Source: a virus
Lineage: Duplodnaviria; Caudoviricetes
Virus record (IMG/VR): IMGVR_UViG_3300017963_000189
Length of the DNA: 64,000 nucleotides
Strand: one strand, 5' to 3'
Part shown: piece after piece, positions 19,353 through 27,276 of the stretch
Position numbering within the stretch: the first letter of the stretch is position 1
How the letters are laid out: every line of letters begins with the position of its first letter
Notes under the pieces: model-generated
What the model saw: the letters and a program-made list of their open reading frames with translations, nothing else
Told to the model about the DNA's origin: nothing
Database searches by the model: none
Position numbers and translations under genes: made by a program

Positions 19353-19636
19353 ATAAATCTCTCAAGTAAGTTAACTATCAAATAAGAACCTGAACAAGAT
19401 GTAAGTGTTTCTAATCGTTGTTCTTTACTTATTGTATTGTCACTAATAACCTTTAACATATCTCGTAAATATGACTTGTCCAAATCAGATGGCGCCACAA
19501 CTTCTATGTCTAAATTAGACAAAATAGATAAATCACGAATTTCACTTACTAACTCTTTTCGTGTTTCATCTTTCGCCTTGTCAATTATTTCTTTCCACTC
19601 TCCCATAATTTTACTCCATGTATAAATAGTGATCAA
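19346..19636 (-). CDS. Hypothetical protein
   Basis: Co-oriented ORF. Confidence 0.6.
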   Translation of the reverse strand: MITIYTWSKIMGEWKEIIDKAKDETRKELVSEIRDLSILSNLDIEVVAPSDLDKSYLRDMLKVISDNTISKEQRLETLTSCSGSYLIVNLLERFIC

Positions 19637-20241
19637 CCATAAAATTTTGATTCACCATATAGTAATTTTACCTCTTTCATGATAAAAGCATACATACGAG
19701 CAACATTATACGCATCGTCCATTCCACGATGGGGCGAGCCTTCAAACTCTAAACCAAGTACCTGAAGCGCGTTGTCCACGTTTCGTTGTACGTTTTGATT
19801 CGTCAAAAGTGAAAACCAATACTTGAAATTACTATGAGTATGTTTGAACGGATATTGTAATCCCTTTCTCTCACATTCTCTTTCTACTTGTTGTCTATCA
19901 AAATCTCCCCAGGACATCCATTCATATTTCGTTGTCTTGAACTCAGTCATCATCCTCGCCAGGGCATAGTCAAGGGCAAGACCATCCTTGATTATCATTT
20001 GTTGAGTGATACCTGTGAGTTTAGTGCAGTAATCTGTTATACCACTTAGACCCATCTCTGTAGGAATTATGAGATAACTTTCTTTCTTTTCGATCTCCAA
20101 TGATCTCGTATCAAGTTGTACTATTCCTATCTCAATCATTTCCATTACGTCACGTTGATTTCGTCCATCAGGAAGTATACCATTTTCCCAACAAGTGCTT
20201 TCCAAATCTACGAAATTTATTTTTTGTACCTTTTTCGCCAT
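19633..20241 (-). CDS. DEDDh 3'-5' exonuclease (ERI1/KapD-like)
   Basis: VDLEST, EIIEIG-like MIEIG, LTGIT, WGDFD, HRGMDDA. Confidence 0.9.
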   Translation of the reverse strand: MAKKVQKINFVDLESTCWENGILPDGRNQRDVMEMIEIGIVQLDTRSLEIEKKESYLIIPTEMGLSGITDYCTKLTGITQQMIIKDGLALDYALARMMTEFKTTKYEWMSWGDFDRQQVERECERKGLQYPFKHTHSNFKYWFSLLTNQNVQRNVDNALQVLGLEFEGSPHRGMDDAYNVARMYAFIMKEVKLLYGESKFYG

Positions 20242-20242
20242 T

Positions 20243-20455
20243 TTATTTTCCTATCAATCTACAATTTTTTATTTCTTCCGGTGTCGCCAATCTATACCTA
20301 TCAAAAAAGATTACTTCCTTACCATGTTGTTTTCTCAACACTTCCTTTTGTTTCTTTACATATGAAAAAACATACACATTTCCGGTTGGAAAGTAAATCT
20401 TAAACGGACATTTGGTATCATCAAATATCACAATATCATCGTCTTTGAAATCCAT
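20243..20455 (-). CDS. Hypothetical protein
   Basis: Co-oriented ORF. Confidence 0.55.
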   Translation of the reverse strand: MDFKDDDIVIFDDTKCPFKIYFPTGNVYVFSYVKKQKEVLRKQHGKEVIFFDRYRLATPEEIKNCRLIGK

Positions 20456-20456
20456 C

Positions 20457-20753
20457 TTACCAATCCTCAGTTGGATCGGGATTAATCCAAGATTCTATCA
20501 ATGCTGATATGTATTCGTCTTTTGACTCCCATATACAATTTTTTAGTGCTCGTTCCTTTTCTTGTTCACTTTCATAATGACCATATTGTTCGGCGAACTC
20601 AAGTACATCAGTCATTTTGTCGTTTGTATCTTCCATTTCAGCACGCCAAACATATTCTGCTGCTCTCCGTAACGCTTCTTTGTACTTTTGTTTACTCTTG
20701 AACTCGTCAAATATAGCGTCAACTAATTCTTCGGTATTTGTCTTTTTACACAT
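20457..20753 (-). CDS. Hypothetical protein
   Basis: Co-oriented ORF. Confidence 0.6.
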   Translation of the reverse strand: MCKKTNTEELVDAIFDEFKSKQKYKEALRRAAEYVWRAEMEDTNDKMTDVLEFAEQYGHYESEQEKERALKNCIWESKDEYISALIESWINPDPTEDW

Positions 20754-20933
20754 TATTTATTCCTTTATTTTATATTTCTTTTTCGCCAATTTAAGATTTT
20801 GTGCGGTCGCTTTATCTTTTTCTTCATCACTTGTACAACCATAACATACATCTTCTGACATACCAAAAATAACTAAATTGATTTCTTCACCACACTTTTT
20901 ACATATCATAATTTATTCCTTTATTTTGTGTAG

Positions 20934-21004
20934 TCCGCCCACCGGGAATCGAACCCGAATAAGTGAGTTTAGAAGTCACTGTTCTACCATTGAACTATGG
21001 GCAG
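20934..21004 (-). tRNA. tRNA with CUA anticodon (amber suppressor)
   Basis: GTGAC-TTCTAAA-CTCAC; standard numbering from the D stem puts CTA at 34-36 (C31:C39 mismatch); normal D and T arms. Confidence 0.75.
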
Positions 21005-21016
21005 ATATAAAAGCGG

Positions 21017-21406
21017 TCAACTTGTGACCGCTTCATTTTCTTTTTGAGCCATTATAGGTAAATCTTTGAACATTCTTCCATTTGTATATACAGCAATCGC
21101 TGTAAGTTGGTTATCTAAATCAGGTTCATGAAAAAGTGAAAAAGGTATTTTCTTTCTATCATCATATTGTTTATCATTGATAGATTGTAACTTGTCTTTC
21201 CACTCATTCAATTCATGACTACTTTCAACAGCGAGAAAAATAAGATAACCATTCTTCCACTCGCTCTTCGGATAGTCCATCATAAACTGAGCAACTACAT
21301 GAGCACCCTGAACTGCTTGATATGATGGATCAAATAATTTAATAAAACTATCCGGTTTCTCCATACATCCTAAATCATTACGAGTTAGAACATATAGCCG
21401 TTTCAT
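21017..21406 (-). CDS. Peptidyl-tRNA hydrolase 2 (PTH2)-like protein
   Basis: LYVLTRNDL, QAVQGAHVVA, F.EPDLDNQLTAIA; start re-set to MKRLYV. Confidence 0.75.
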   Translation of the reverse strand: MKRLYVLTRNDLGCMEKPDSFIKLFDPSYQAVQGAHVVAQFMMDYPKSEWKNGYLIFLAVESSHELNEWKDKLQSINDKQYDDRKKIPFSLFHEPDLDNQLTAIAVYTNGRMFKDLPIMAQKENEAVTS

Positions 21407-21704
21407 TATCCACCTTCTGTATAACGGGATACGCATTAAGAAGTTGTTCAATGTAATCTTGATTTGGCTCATTATCGTCTCTTACCGACCTTTCAATTTG
21501 TTCATAACTTTTACCACGTGCCATACAATAAGCAATATGTTGATGTCTAAATTCATATTTCGCTTGTTGTACTTCGTGTCGTTTTTTATTTGATTCTTTT
21601 CTACTTCGTTCTAATTCCTTAAACTCGATCTTGAGTTGTCTGATTTGTTGTGCTAACCCTTTAAGGTAATATTTTCTCGATTTGATATATTCTTTACGTT
21701 CCAT
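21378..21704 (-). CDS. Hypothetical basic protein, overlaps PTH2-like gene
   Basis: AAGGAG SD; RHQHIAYCMARGKSYEQIE. Confidence 0.7.
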   Translation of the reverse strand: MERKEYIKSRKYYLKGLAQQIRQLKIEFKELERSRKESNKKRHEVQQAKYEFRHQHIAYCMARGKSYEQIERSVRDDNEPNQDYIEQLLNAYPVIQKVDNETAICSNS

Positions 21705-21775
21705 TTTAAATCTCCTTTATATTATTGTTTCATTTTTTATGATACATTACCACTTGTTTCAATAAAAATGAAACA

Positions 21776-21829
21776 TTAAGGAGGCTTAAAACTTTTTATC
21801 TACGTAAAGCCCTACGTCCACTTAATCAT
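21776..21829 (-). promoter_or_regulatory. Leader ORF MIKWT*GFT*IKSFKPP with two in-frame TAG codons
   Basis: AGGAG SD; ATG ATT AAG TGG ACG TAG GGC TTT ACG TAG ATA AAA AGT TTT AAG CCT CCT TAA. Confidence 0.6.
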
Positions 21830-21873
21830 TTTGATACTCCTATAAAATATCCATTGATTGATATACATATACT

Positions 21874-21901
21874 TACACTATTGAAAATGATTTTTGTTCC
21901 A
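21874..21901 (-). promoter_or_regulatory. Putative alternative-sigma promoter TGGAAC-N16-AGT
   Basis: Upstream of amber leader; also lies within a possible 45-aa ORF (21826-21963). Confidence 0.4.
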
Positions 21902-21979
21902 AAATCTTCATCCCAACCGTAAGATATGTGTTGACCTATATATTTTTCGTAATTTAATCTCATAACATATATAAATATA

Positions 21980-22123
21980 CTATTTTTTAATTTCCCCTAA
22001 TCCTTTACACTTTGTACACGCTACTTCCATATATACCGGTTGTCCGTCCAATAGGGAAATCGGGACTAATCGTTGTCCCGATCCCTTACAAGTTGGACAT
22101 ATTTCTTTTTTACTTTTCGCCAT
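21980..22123 (-). CDS. Small DnaJ-type zinc-finger protein (47 aa)
   Basis: Read manually: CPTCKGSG ... CTKCKGLG. Confidence 0.65.
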   Translation of the reverse strand: MAKSKKEICPTCKGSGQRLVPISLLDGQPVYMEVACTKCKGLGEIKK

Positions 22124-23426
22124 CAGTCTTTACCTTTTTTGTACGCGGTTTACGCGGTTTTGGTAAATACTTAATTTCATTTATAGAATGAATATGATAA
22201 CGACCCTCATAATCACTTGGATTTGTGGCGACAAGATTATAACTAATACGAACCTTTTTATAATCCGATTGTTTCGTCCTCAATTTGAACTTTTCAGGAA
22301 ATACATCAGAACCGATATAAATTTTTCGTTTCTCGCCATCTATAAAACCATTATGTGATTCATTTTGGAATCTTAAAACTAATTCGCCAACATCTTCATG
22401 TGTTTCAATAAACTCAATAGGCGGACAATGATTACTCACTGTTGATGTGATCATATGCCATACTACATAACAAATCTCACCAATCTTTTTCAATACCCAC
22501 CAAATAGTAGTGAATACAACTCCAATAACACTAAATATAAAACCAAATACCAACCCCACAGGTTTCAAAATAGCAACAATCGTATTGATCCACTTTTCTG
22601 CGGTTTCTTTTCGACGTTCCTCTTTAGCATCAATTTCTTCCTTGTGAGCCTTGTAATATTCGTCTTGTTGTTTCTTGAATTCGGCTTCTTTTTTACGGCG
22701 TTCCGCAAGACGAGCGAACTTTTTGTCTTGTCGTCGTTCTCGTATATTACAAGATTTCTTAATGAGAAAGTTGAAACATCCACGATTGAATAGAAATACA
22801 CCTATACGATATAATACCCAAAATGTGACCACCATACCTAATAAAATAAGTAATCCCATTCCAACTACATATCCTAACATTCCCCATTCAATGGCAACCA
22901 ACCAACCGGCAAGCATTACAAGTAAATCCCATACTACACTTAAAAACCAAAATACTGCCCATAATACCCAATACACAACAAAATATGGAATGGCGAAAAT
23001 AACATGAATACCATAACCTACCCATGCTACTGCATTGTCAAGGAATAATAAAGATATGAAGAATGTTGTAATGAATGCTAACATAGAAATAATTAATGAA
23101 AACGAAAAAGGATTTTCGTCTTTTAATGCTTCGAAATGTTCAGGTAACGATGGTATAACAAGACCTATCAATTTTGTTAGACCATAAATAATATAGGCGA
23201 AAATAAACAAAGGAAAAGTAACTACCATCAAAAGTGATCCCCAAAACATAAATTGGTAAAACGGACACTTATGAGTAACTAACTTTTCGCCCATACCATA
23301 CCAACTTCTCAACCATTGGTAATAACGATACCTGGCATCTGAGACGCCCATCGTAATGGTATCTTCGACACCAAACAACTTTTCGGAAGCGTCTCTTGCT
23401 TTAGATTTTGCTTCCCATTTACTCAT
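22110..23426 (-). CDS. Multi-pass membrane protein
   Basis: At least 7 hydrophobic segments, charged helical linker. Confidence 0.75.
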   Translation of the reverse strand: MSKWEAKSKARDASEKLFGVEDTITMGVSDARYRYYQWLRSWYGMGEKLVTHKCPFYQFMFWGSLLMVVTFPLFIFAYIIYGLTKLIGLVIPSLPEHFEALKDENPFSFSLIISMLAFITTFFISLLFLDNAVAWVGYGIHVIFAIPYFVVYWVLWAVFWFLSVVWDLLVMLAGWLVAIEWGMLGYVVGMGLLILLGMVVTFWVLYRIGVFLFNRGCFNFLIKKSCNIRERRQDKKFARLAERRKKEAEFKKQQDEYYKAHKEEIDAKEERRKETAEKWINTIVAILKPVGLVFGFIFSVIGVVFTTIWWVLKKIGEICYVVWHMITSTVSNHCPPIEFIETHEDVGELVLRFQNESHNGFIDGEKRKIYIGSDVFPEKFKLRTKQSDYKKVRISYNLVATNPSDYEGRYHIHSINEIKYLPKPRKPRTKKVKTDGEK

Positions 23427-23635
23427 TTGGACACCTCCGTTGAATCAGTTGATGTTGAGTCAGTTAATGTTTCGATAACTTGTAACAAACTATCTCTTTC
23501 TGCTGTTAGAGCGATAACAGCTTCAGAATCTTCGGAAACTCTCGCTTCCTCAAGATGATTCGTTGATTGCCATGAGAATATAAAAACTAAGACAATAACC
23601 AAGATAATAATACCTGCTCTTACATAATCATTCAT
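23423..23635 (-). CDS. Small membrane-anchored protein
   Basis: N-terminal TM; start re-set to MNDYV. Confidence 0.55.
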   Translation of the reverse strand: MNDYVRAGIIILVIVLVFIFSWQSTNHLEEARVSEDSEAVIALTAERDSLLQVIETLTDSTSTDSTEVSK

Positions 23636-23858
23636 AATATAACCCTTTCTTTTTGATGAATGTTTCACCGATTATAGTGTATATCTTCTTTAACTAATAA
23701 TTCGTTATAATGTTCCAACCAGGTTAAAAAAACTTGTCCTTTAGTTGTAAATTCATTTTTATCAATAGGTTTTTCGCCATGTTTCTCACATAACTTCTCA
23801 TATCGTCTATAATCTCGTAGTAAATCCTTGTCCATAATAACCCTTTCATTTTAGATAG

Positions 23859-23930
23859 TAGCGTGTAGCAGATTCGAACTGCTAAGGCAACAGGATATGA
23901 GCCCGTGCTGGACAACCAATCCGACACGCC
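23859..23930 (-). tRNA. tRNA-Met/Ile2(CAT)
   Basis: ACGGG-CTCATAT-CCTGT; atypical D arm. Confidence 0.8.
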
Positions 23931-23939
23931 ATTCAACCG

Positions 23940-24012
23940 TGGGTCTGGTTGGAGTTGAACCAACGATCTTCGCCATGTCACGACGACGACTTAACCTCTT
24001 GTCCACAGACCC
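23940..24012 (-). tRNA. trnV: tRNA-Val(GAC)
   Basis: Cloverleaf, loop GTGACAT. Confidence 0.88.
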
Positions 24013-24024
24013 AATATAACAATT

Positions 24025-24534
24025 TTAAAACCATTTGTCAAGGAAATTCTGGATTGTGTCCTCTTTTCCTCTCTTTATCCACCATTCTTTTCTAAGTAAT
24101 CCCTTAAAAACATATATCTCGTGTGTTAAAAAATTTGTTACTCCAAATAAAATCAACCCACTAAAAAATACCCATGACCATGTTTGTAAAGTCATTGATA
24201 TAACTGCTAATACATATCCACCTAAAATACCTACAAAATATGTCAAGTATTGAAATCCTTGTCTTATTATTTTCGCCCCATGCCATCCATCAAACATGAA
24301 CGCTGGTTTAACAATAAATCCTAACCACTTCTTTCTCGTTCCATCTTCATTATATTTTCGTTCCCACGCACTATCAGGATCAACCATATACCACGACCAC
24401 CAACCACCTTTTGGCAACCAATCAAAAATTGAATCTTCATAATAATATTGTAGACCATCTTCTATATCATTGAATATAATAGAAACTATCCACAACACTA
24501 AGGCGACAAAAAATAATATAATAAATAAAAGCAT
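24025..24534 (-). CDS. Membrane protein
   Basis: Three hydrophobic segments. Confidence 0.7.
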   Translation of the reverse strand: MLLFIILFFVALVLWIVSIIFNDIEDGLQYYYEDSIFDWLPKGGWWSWYMVDPDSAWERKYNEDGTRKKWLGFIVKPAFMFDGWHGAKIIRQGFQYLTYFVGILGGYVLAVISMTLQTWSWVFFSGLILFGVTNFLTHEIYVFKGLLRKEWWIKRGKEDTIQNFLDKWF

Positions 24535-24551
24535 CTTATCTCTCCCATTTA

Positions 24552-24866
24552 TTATAAATAGTGTTCATTCTTTTCTTTCAACCATTCCATTAATAATTTA
24601 TTCTTTTCGCCGACATAAACAGGACACCACTCAAGAAACTCAAGCGGTTTCACTGTTCCATATGGAGCTCCAGTATCCCAGTGATACTCCATATCAAGAA
24701 ACTCCATTGTAAACTTTTGTCGTATTCCTATAAAACCTTGTTTCTTCTGATGATATACTCCAAGAGTAAAGTTACGAGCTAATATCATATATAAACCGGT
24801 ATGCTCACACTTTTCTATTGGTAAATAATCCTCAACATTTGTTGTATATCCCATACAATACTCCAA
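24552..24866 (-). CDS. Hypothetical protein
   Basis: Co-oriented ORF, GGAG SD. Confidence 0.65.
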   Translation of the reverse strand: MEYCMGYTTNVEDYLPIEKCEHTGLYMILARNFTLGVYHQKKQGFIGIRQKFTMEFLDMEYHWDTGAPYGTVKPLEFLEWCPVYVGEKNKLLMEWLKEKNEHYL

Positions 24867-24875
24867 CTTAATTTG

Positions 24876-25001
24876 TGGTATTTGTAGGATTCGAACCTAA
24901 ATTCCGGTGTATCAGACCGACGTGTTACCGTGAGCGGTTATCCAATAAGATTAACCGGTCTCTTATTGGCTTCCCTTTGTGCTCTATTACACTACCATAC
25001 C
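24876..25001 (-). tRNA. tRNA-Ile(GAT) with ~57-nt insertion in the D loop
   Basis: GTGTAA[insert]GGTAACAC, anticodon arm TCGGT-CTGATAC-ACCGG, T loop TTCGAAT. Confidence 0.7.
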
Positions 25002-25010
25002 ATTATACTC

Positions 25011-25109
25011 ACCCCGTCACTGCCAGGTTTTACTCAACTGCGCGGGTCGAACACTCCAAACCTACCGCGAATCGGTTTTGGAGACGGTGGAATTGAACCA
25101 CCACGGGAT
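25011..25109 (-). ncRNA. Circularly permuted tRNA-like RNA
   Basis: Terminal stem ATCCCGT/ACGGGGT, then T arm GGTGG-TTCAATT-CCACC, then internally closed acceptor-like stem CTCCAAA/TTTGGAG. Confidence 0.55.
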
Positions 25110-25112
25110 TAG

Positions 25113-25184
25113 TGGGAGCACCAGGAATCGAACCCGGAACTGGAGGTTAAGAGCCAACTGCGTTCCCAATTACGCCATACTCCC
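25113..25184 (-). tRNA. trnK: tRNA-Lys(CTT)
   Basis: Cloverleaf, loop CTCTTAA. Confidence 0.88.
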
Positions 25185-25189
25185 ATAAC

Positions 25190-25275
25190 TACTTTTCACC
25201 AAACTATATCAAAAATACCTACTTTTCACGATCAGTAACCATTTTTCACCAAATGACCTTGAAAATACCTACTTT
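25190..25275 (-). repeat. Degenerate direct repeats (aaatacctacttt / ttttcacc)
   Basis: 2-3 imperfect copies in tRNA spacer. Confidence 0.45.
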
Positions 25276-25276
25276 G

Positions 25277-25355
25277 TGGGAGCAGTCGGGATCGAACCGA
25301 CGACACCCCGGGCTTCAACCGAGTGCTCTACCATTCTAATCTGAGCTACACTCCC
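25277..25355 (-). tRNA. trnF: tRNA-Phe(GAA), long D loop
   Basis: Cloverleaf, loop TTGAAGC. Confidence 0.88.
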
Positions 25356-25365
25356 ATATATAAAA

Positions 25366-25482
25366 TAAAATCGATCTTCCTCACATCCCTTTACTCTTGG
25401 AAGAATTGATAGAATACGTCTATCTCTTGATAAATGATATATAGGCCAGGGTTTGGCGACCCTTACACCATCAACGATTTTA
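25366..25482 (-). ncRNA. Unidentified structured RNA (~117 nt)
   Basis: Terminal stem TAAAATCG/CGATTTTA, internal hairpins AGGGT/ACCCT and GATAGA/TCTATC. Confidence 0.4.
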
Positions 25483-25486
25483 TAGT

Positions 25487-25604
25487 TGCGCGAGTAGGAT
25501 TCGAACCTACATCCTTCCTTTCCAATAAGATAACGTTTCTCCAGCGGCCCTGTTAGGACAAAAACGAAGCAACGGTTTTAGATGTTACCATTACACCATC
25601 GCGC
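25487..25604 (-). ncRNA. tRNA scaffold carrying a permuted Y-type helix in place of the anticodon loop
   Basis: Acceptor GCGCGA/TCGCGC, D arm GGTGTAATGGTAACATC, T arm GTAGG-TTCGAAT-CCTAC; insert CGTTGCTTCG-TTTT-GTCCT-AAC-AGGGC-CGC-TGGAGAAACG-TTATC. Confidence 0.7.
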
Positions 25605-25613
25605 AAATTAAAA

Positions 25614-25826
25614 CTATTTTTTTACTACCCTATATTGTGTTTTGCGGTAATTCTTCCAATTCTTTTTCTCTCGTTTTGGAAGATACCACCATCCACAACC
25701 ACCATATATACTACCGGTTCTTTGTAAACAAATCATACAAGGTACGTCTCTTACGTGTTTCCATTGTAATTTTTTGTAGACACTACTATTTGTAGTATTC
25801 TTTAGCGTTTCTCTTTTTCTCGTCAT
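25614..25826 (-). CDS. Small basic Cys-containing protein (paralog A)
   Basis: TTNSSVYK...CMIC...NWKNYRKTQY; start re-set to MTRKRE. Confidence 0.65.
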   Translation of the reverse strand: MTRKRETLKNTTNSSVYKKLQWKHVRDVPCMICLQRTGSIYGGCGWWYLPKREKKNWKNYRKTQYRVVKK

Positions 25827-25868
25827 TTTGATTCTCCTTATGTAATGTTTGACCACTACTAAGGAAAA

Positions 25869-26081
25869 TCATTCTCCATATTCATCATACATTATTACCT
25901 TGTATTGTGTTTTTCTGTAATGTTTCCAATTTTTACGATAATACGTTCTTTGGTTTTCATTACGATTATATTTACAACGTGAACATGAAATGATACATTG
26001 TAGTTCACGATAACGTTTTAACGCTAAGTTGTAAATACGACTGTTAGTTGTTGTATCAACTATTCTTTTGTATTTCGCCAT
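25869..26081 (-). CDS. Small basic Cys-containing protein (paralog B)
   Basis: TTNSRIYN...CSRC...NWKHYRKTQY. Confidence 0.65.
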   Translation of the reverse strand: MAKYKRIVDTTTNSRIYNLALKRYRELQCIISCSRCKYNRNENQRTYYRKNWKHYRKTQYKVIMYDEYGE

Positions 26082-26206
26082 TTGGTTTCTCCTTGAGTTA
26101 AAATTTACTTAACTCAAACGAAACCACTCCCTACATAATGTGTAAAATATGTCATATTATCTCCCGTTTTGACACATAATTGGTAATATATGTCACTTTA
26201 TTTTTG

Positions 26207-26289
26207 TGGTAAGGGTAGGATTTGAACCTACGAACCCTTGCGAGACCGGTTTTACAGACCGGCGCCTTTAACCACTCGGCCACCCTACC
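26207..26289 (-). tRNA. trnY: tRNA-Tyr(GTA)
   Basis: Type II cloverleaf, loop CTGTAAA. Confidence 0.93.
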
Positions 26290-26320
26290 AAATCTTATTC
26301 TAAACCAATACTATATCTCA

Positions 26321-26473
26321 TTAGTAATCAACTTTCCCGCGACAAGCTTTACGGGATTGTTCACGTTTTTTGTTTTTGATTTTACGAACACGGTAACGTC
26401 CATCAAAGAAACCATCACGTTTCTGGATTTCTCTCAAAACACCTTTGTTCATATTTATGTTTACATTACTCAT
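26321..26473 (-). CDS. Small basic hypothetical protein
   Basis: Start re-set to MSNVN (overlaps upstream stop). Confidence 0.55.
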   Translation of the reverse strand: MSNVNINMNKGVLREIQKRDGFFDGRYRVRKIKNKKREQSRKACRGKVDY

Positions 26474-26718
26474 TAGACCATCACTACTTTCTTTTGTTTC
26501 AACCAAGTTAGACAATCATCTAACTCTTGTTCATCTATTTCGCCATTCAATAACTGACACTGCCAGTTCAACATATTTGAGATAACTTCTTTCCTTACAA
26601 ACTTCCCTTTTGGGAAATCATCTAAGGCTAATCCTAACAAAGGCGTAGTATCTACACCAGGATAAGTCTTTCCATTTCTCAAATCGTCAACTACTTCTTT
26701 TACGTCAGCTTTTGTCAT
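26473..26718 (-). CDS. Hypothetical protein
   Basis: Downstream of promoter. Confidence 0.65.
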   Translation of the reverse strand: MTKADVKEVVDDLRNGKTYPGVDTTPLLGLALDDFPKGKFVRKEVISNMLNWQCQLLNGEIDEQELDDCLTWLKQKKVVMV

Positions 26719-26748
26719 TTCTCAAATCCTCTCTAAATGTTATACCTA

Positions 26749-26777
26749 AATATACAACATTTTTTTGGATTTGTCAA
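26749..26777 (-). promoter_or_regulatory. sigma70-type promoter (TTGACA-N17-TATATT)
   Basis: Exact match. Confidence 0.8.
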
Positions 26778-26797
26778 CTGTTTTCTGGTTTTTTTTG

Positions 26798-26871
26798 TAC
26801 CGCGAGTTGGATTTGAACCAACGACTTCCTGCTTGTAAGGCAGACACTCTAAACCCCTGAGTTACCGCGGC
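26798..26871 (-). tRNA. trnV: tRNA-Val(TAC)
   Basis: Cloverleaf, loop CTTACAA. Confidence 0.93.
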
Positions 26872-26885
26872 ATATAATGTTCCTT

Positions 26886-26961
26886 TGGTACGAGAGGCAA
26901 GACTTCATCCTTGCGCTTATGTATTGTAACCTATATGATCAACCTATAAGCCATACATCGT
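26886..26961 (-). pseudogene. Degenerate tRNA-like sequence ending in CCA
   Basis: T-like arm GCAAG/CTTGC, partial acceptor ACGA/TCGT, ACCA end; other arms do not pair. Confidence 0.35.
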
Positions 26962-27036
26962 ATGGAAGCGAATCAAACATACAGCGCTGACTTTGTTTGA
27001 CTTTTTCTCTACCTCTCTCGCCAGAGAAACATTGTG

Positions 27037-27110
27037 CTCCACCGGTAGGATTCGAACCTACGACAAGTCGGTTAACAGCCGACCGCTCTACCTGACTGAG
27101 CTACAGTGGA
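27037..27110 (-). tRNA. trnN: tRNA-Asn(GTT)
   Basis: Cloverleaf, G73. Confidence 0.95.
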
Positions 27111-27113
27111 ATT

Positions 27114-27188
27114 TGGCTGGCCCGCCTGGACTTGAACCAGGAATGCTTGAGTCAAAGTCAAGTGTGTTGCCAATTACACCACGAGCCA
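27114..27188 (-). tRNA. trnQ: tRNA-Gln(TTG)
   Basis: Cloverleaf, U1:A72, encoded CCA. Confidence 0.95.
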
Positions 27189-27196
27189 ATTTCTTG

Positions 27197-27269
27197 TGGA
27201 GGCCCTGAGAATCGAACTCAGCTCTTCACGGGCTTCAACCGAACGCTTCACCAGGATAGCTTGACCTCC
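27197..27269 (-). tRNA. trnF: tRNA-Phe(GAA)
   Basis: Cloverleaf, loop TTGAAGC. Confidence 0.85.
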
Positions 27270-27276
27270 AAAAAAA

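Noticed and set aside
25011-25109. 3' end of a conventional tmRNA
   Set aside because: No GGGG-type 5' end ~350 nt upstream; that interval contains two tRNAs. Kept only as a permuted tRNA-like RNA
25190-25275. Mini-CRISPR from aaatacctacttt repeats
   Set aside because: Only 2-3 degenerate copies, irregular spacing, no palindromic repeat
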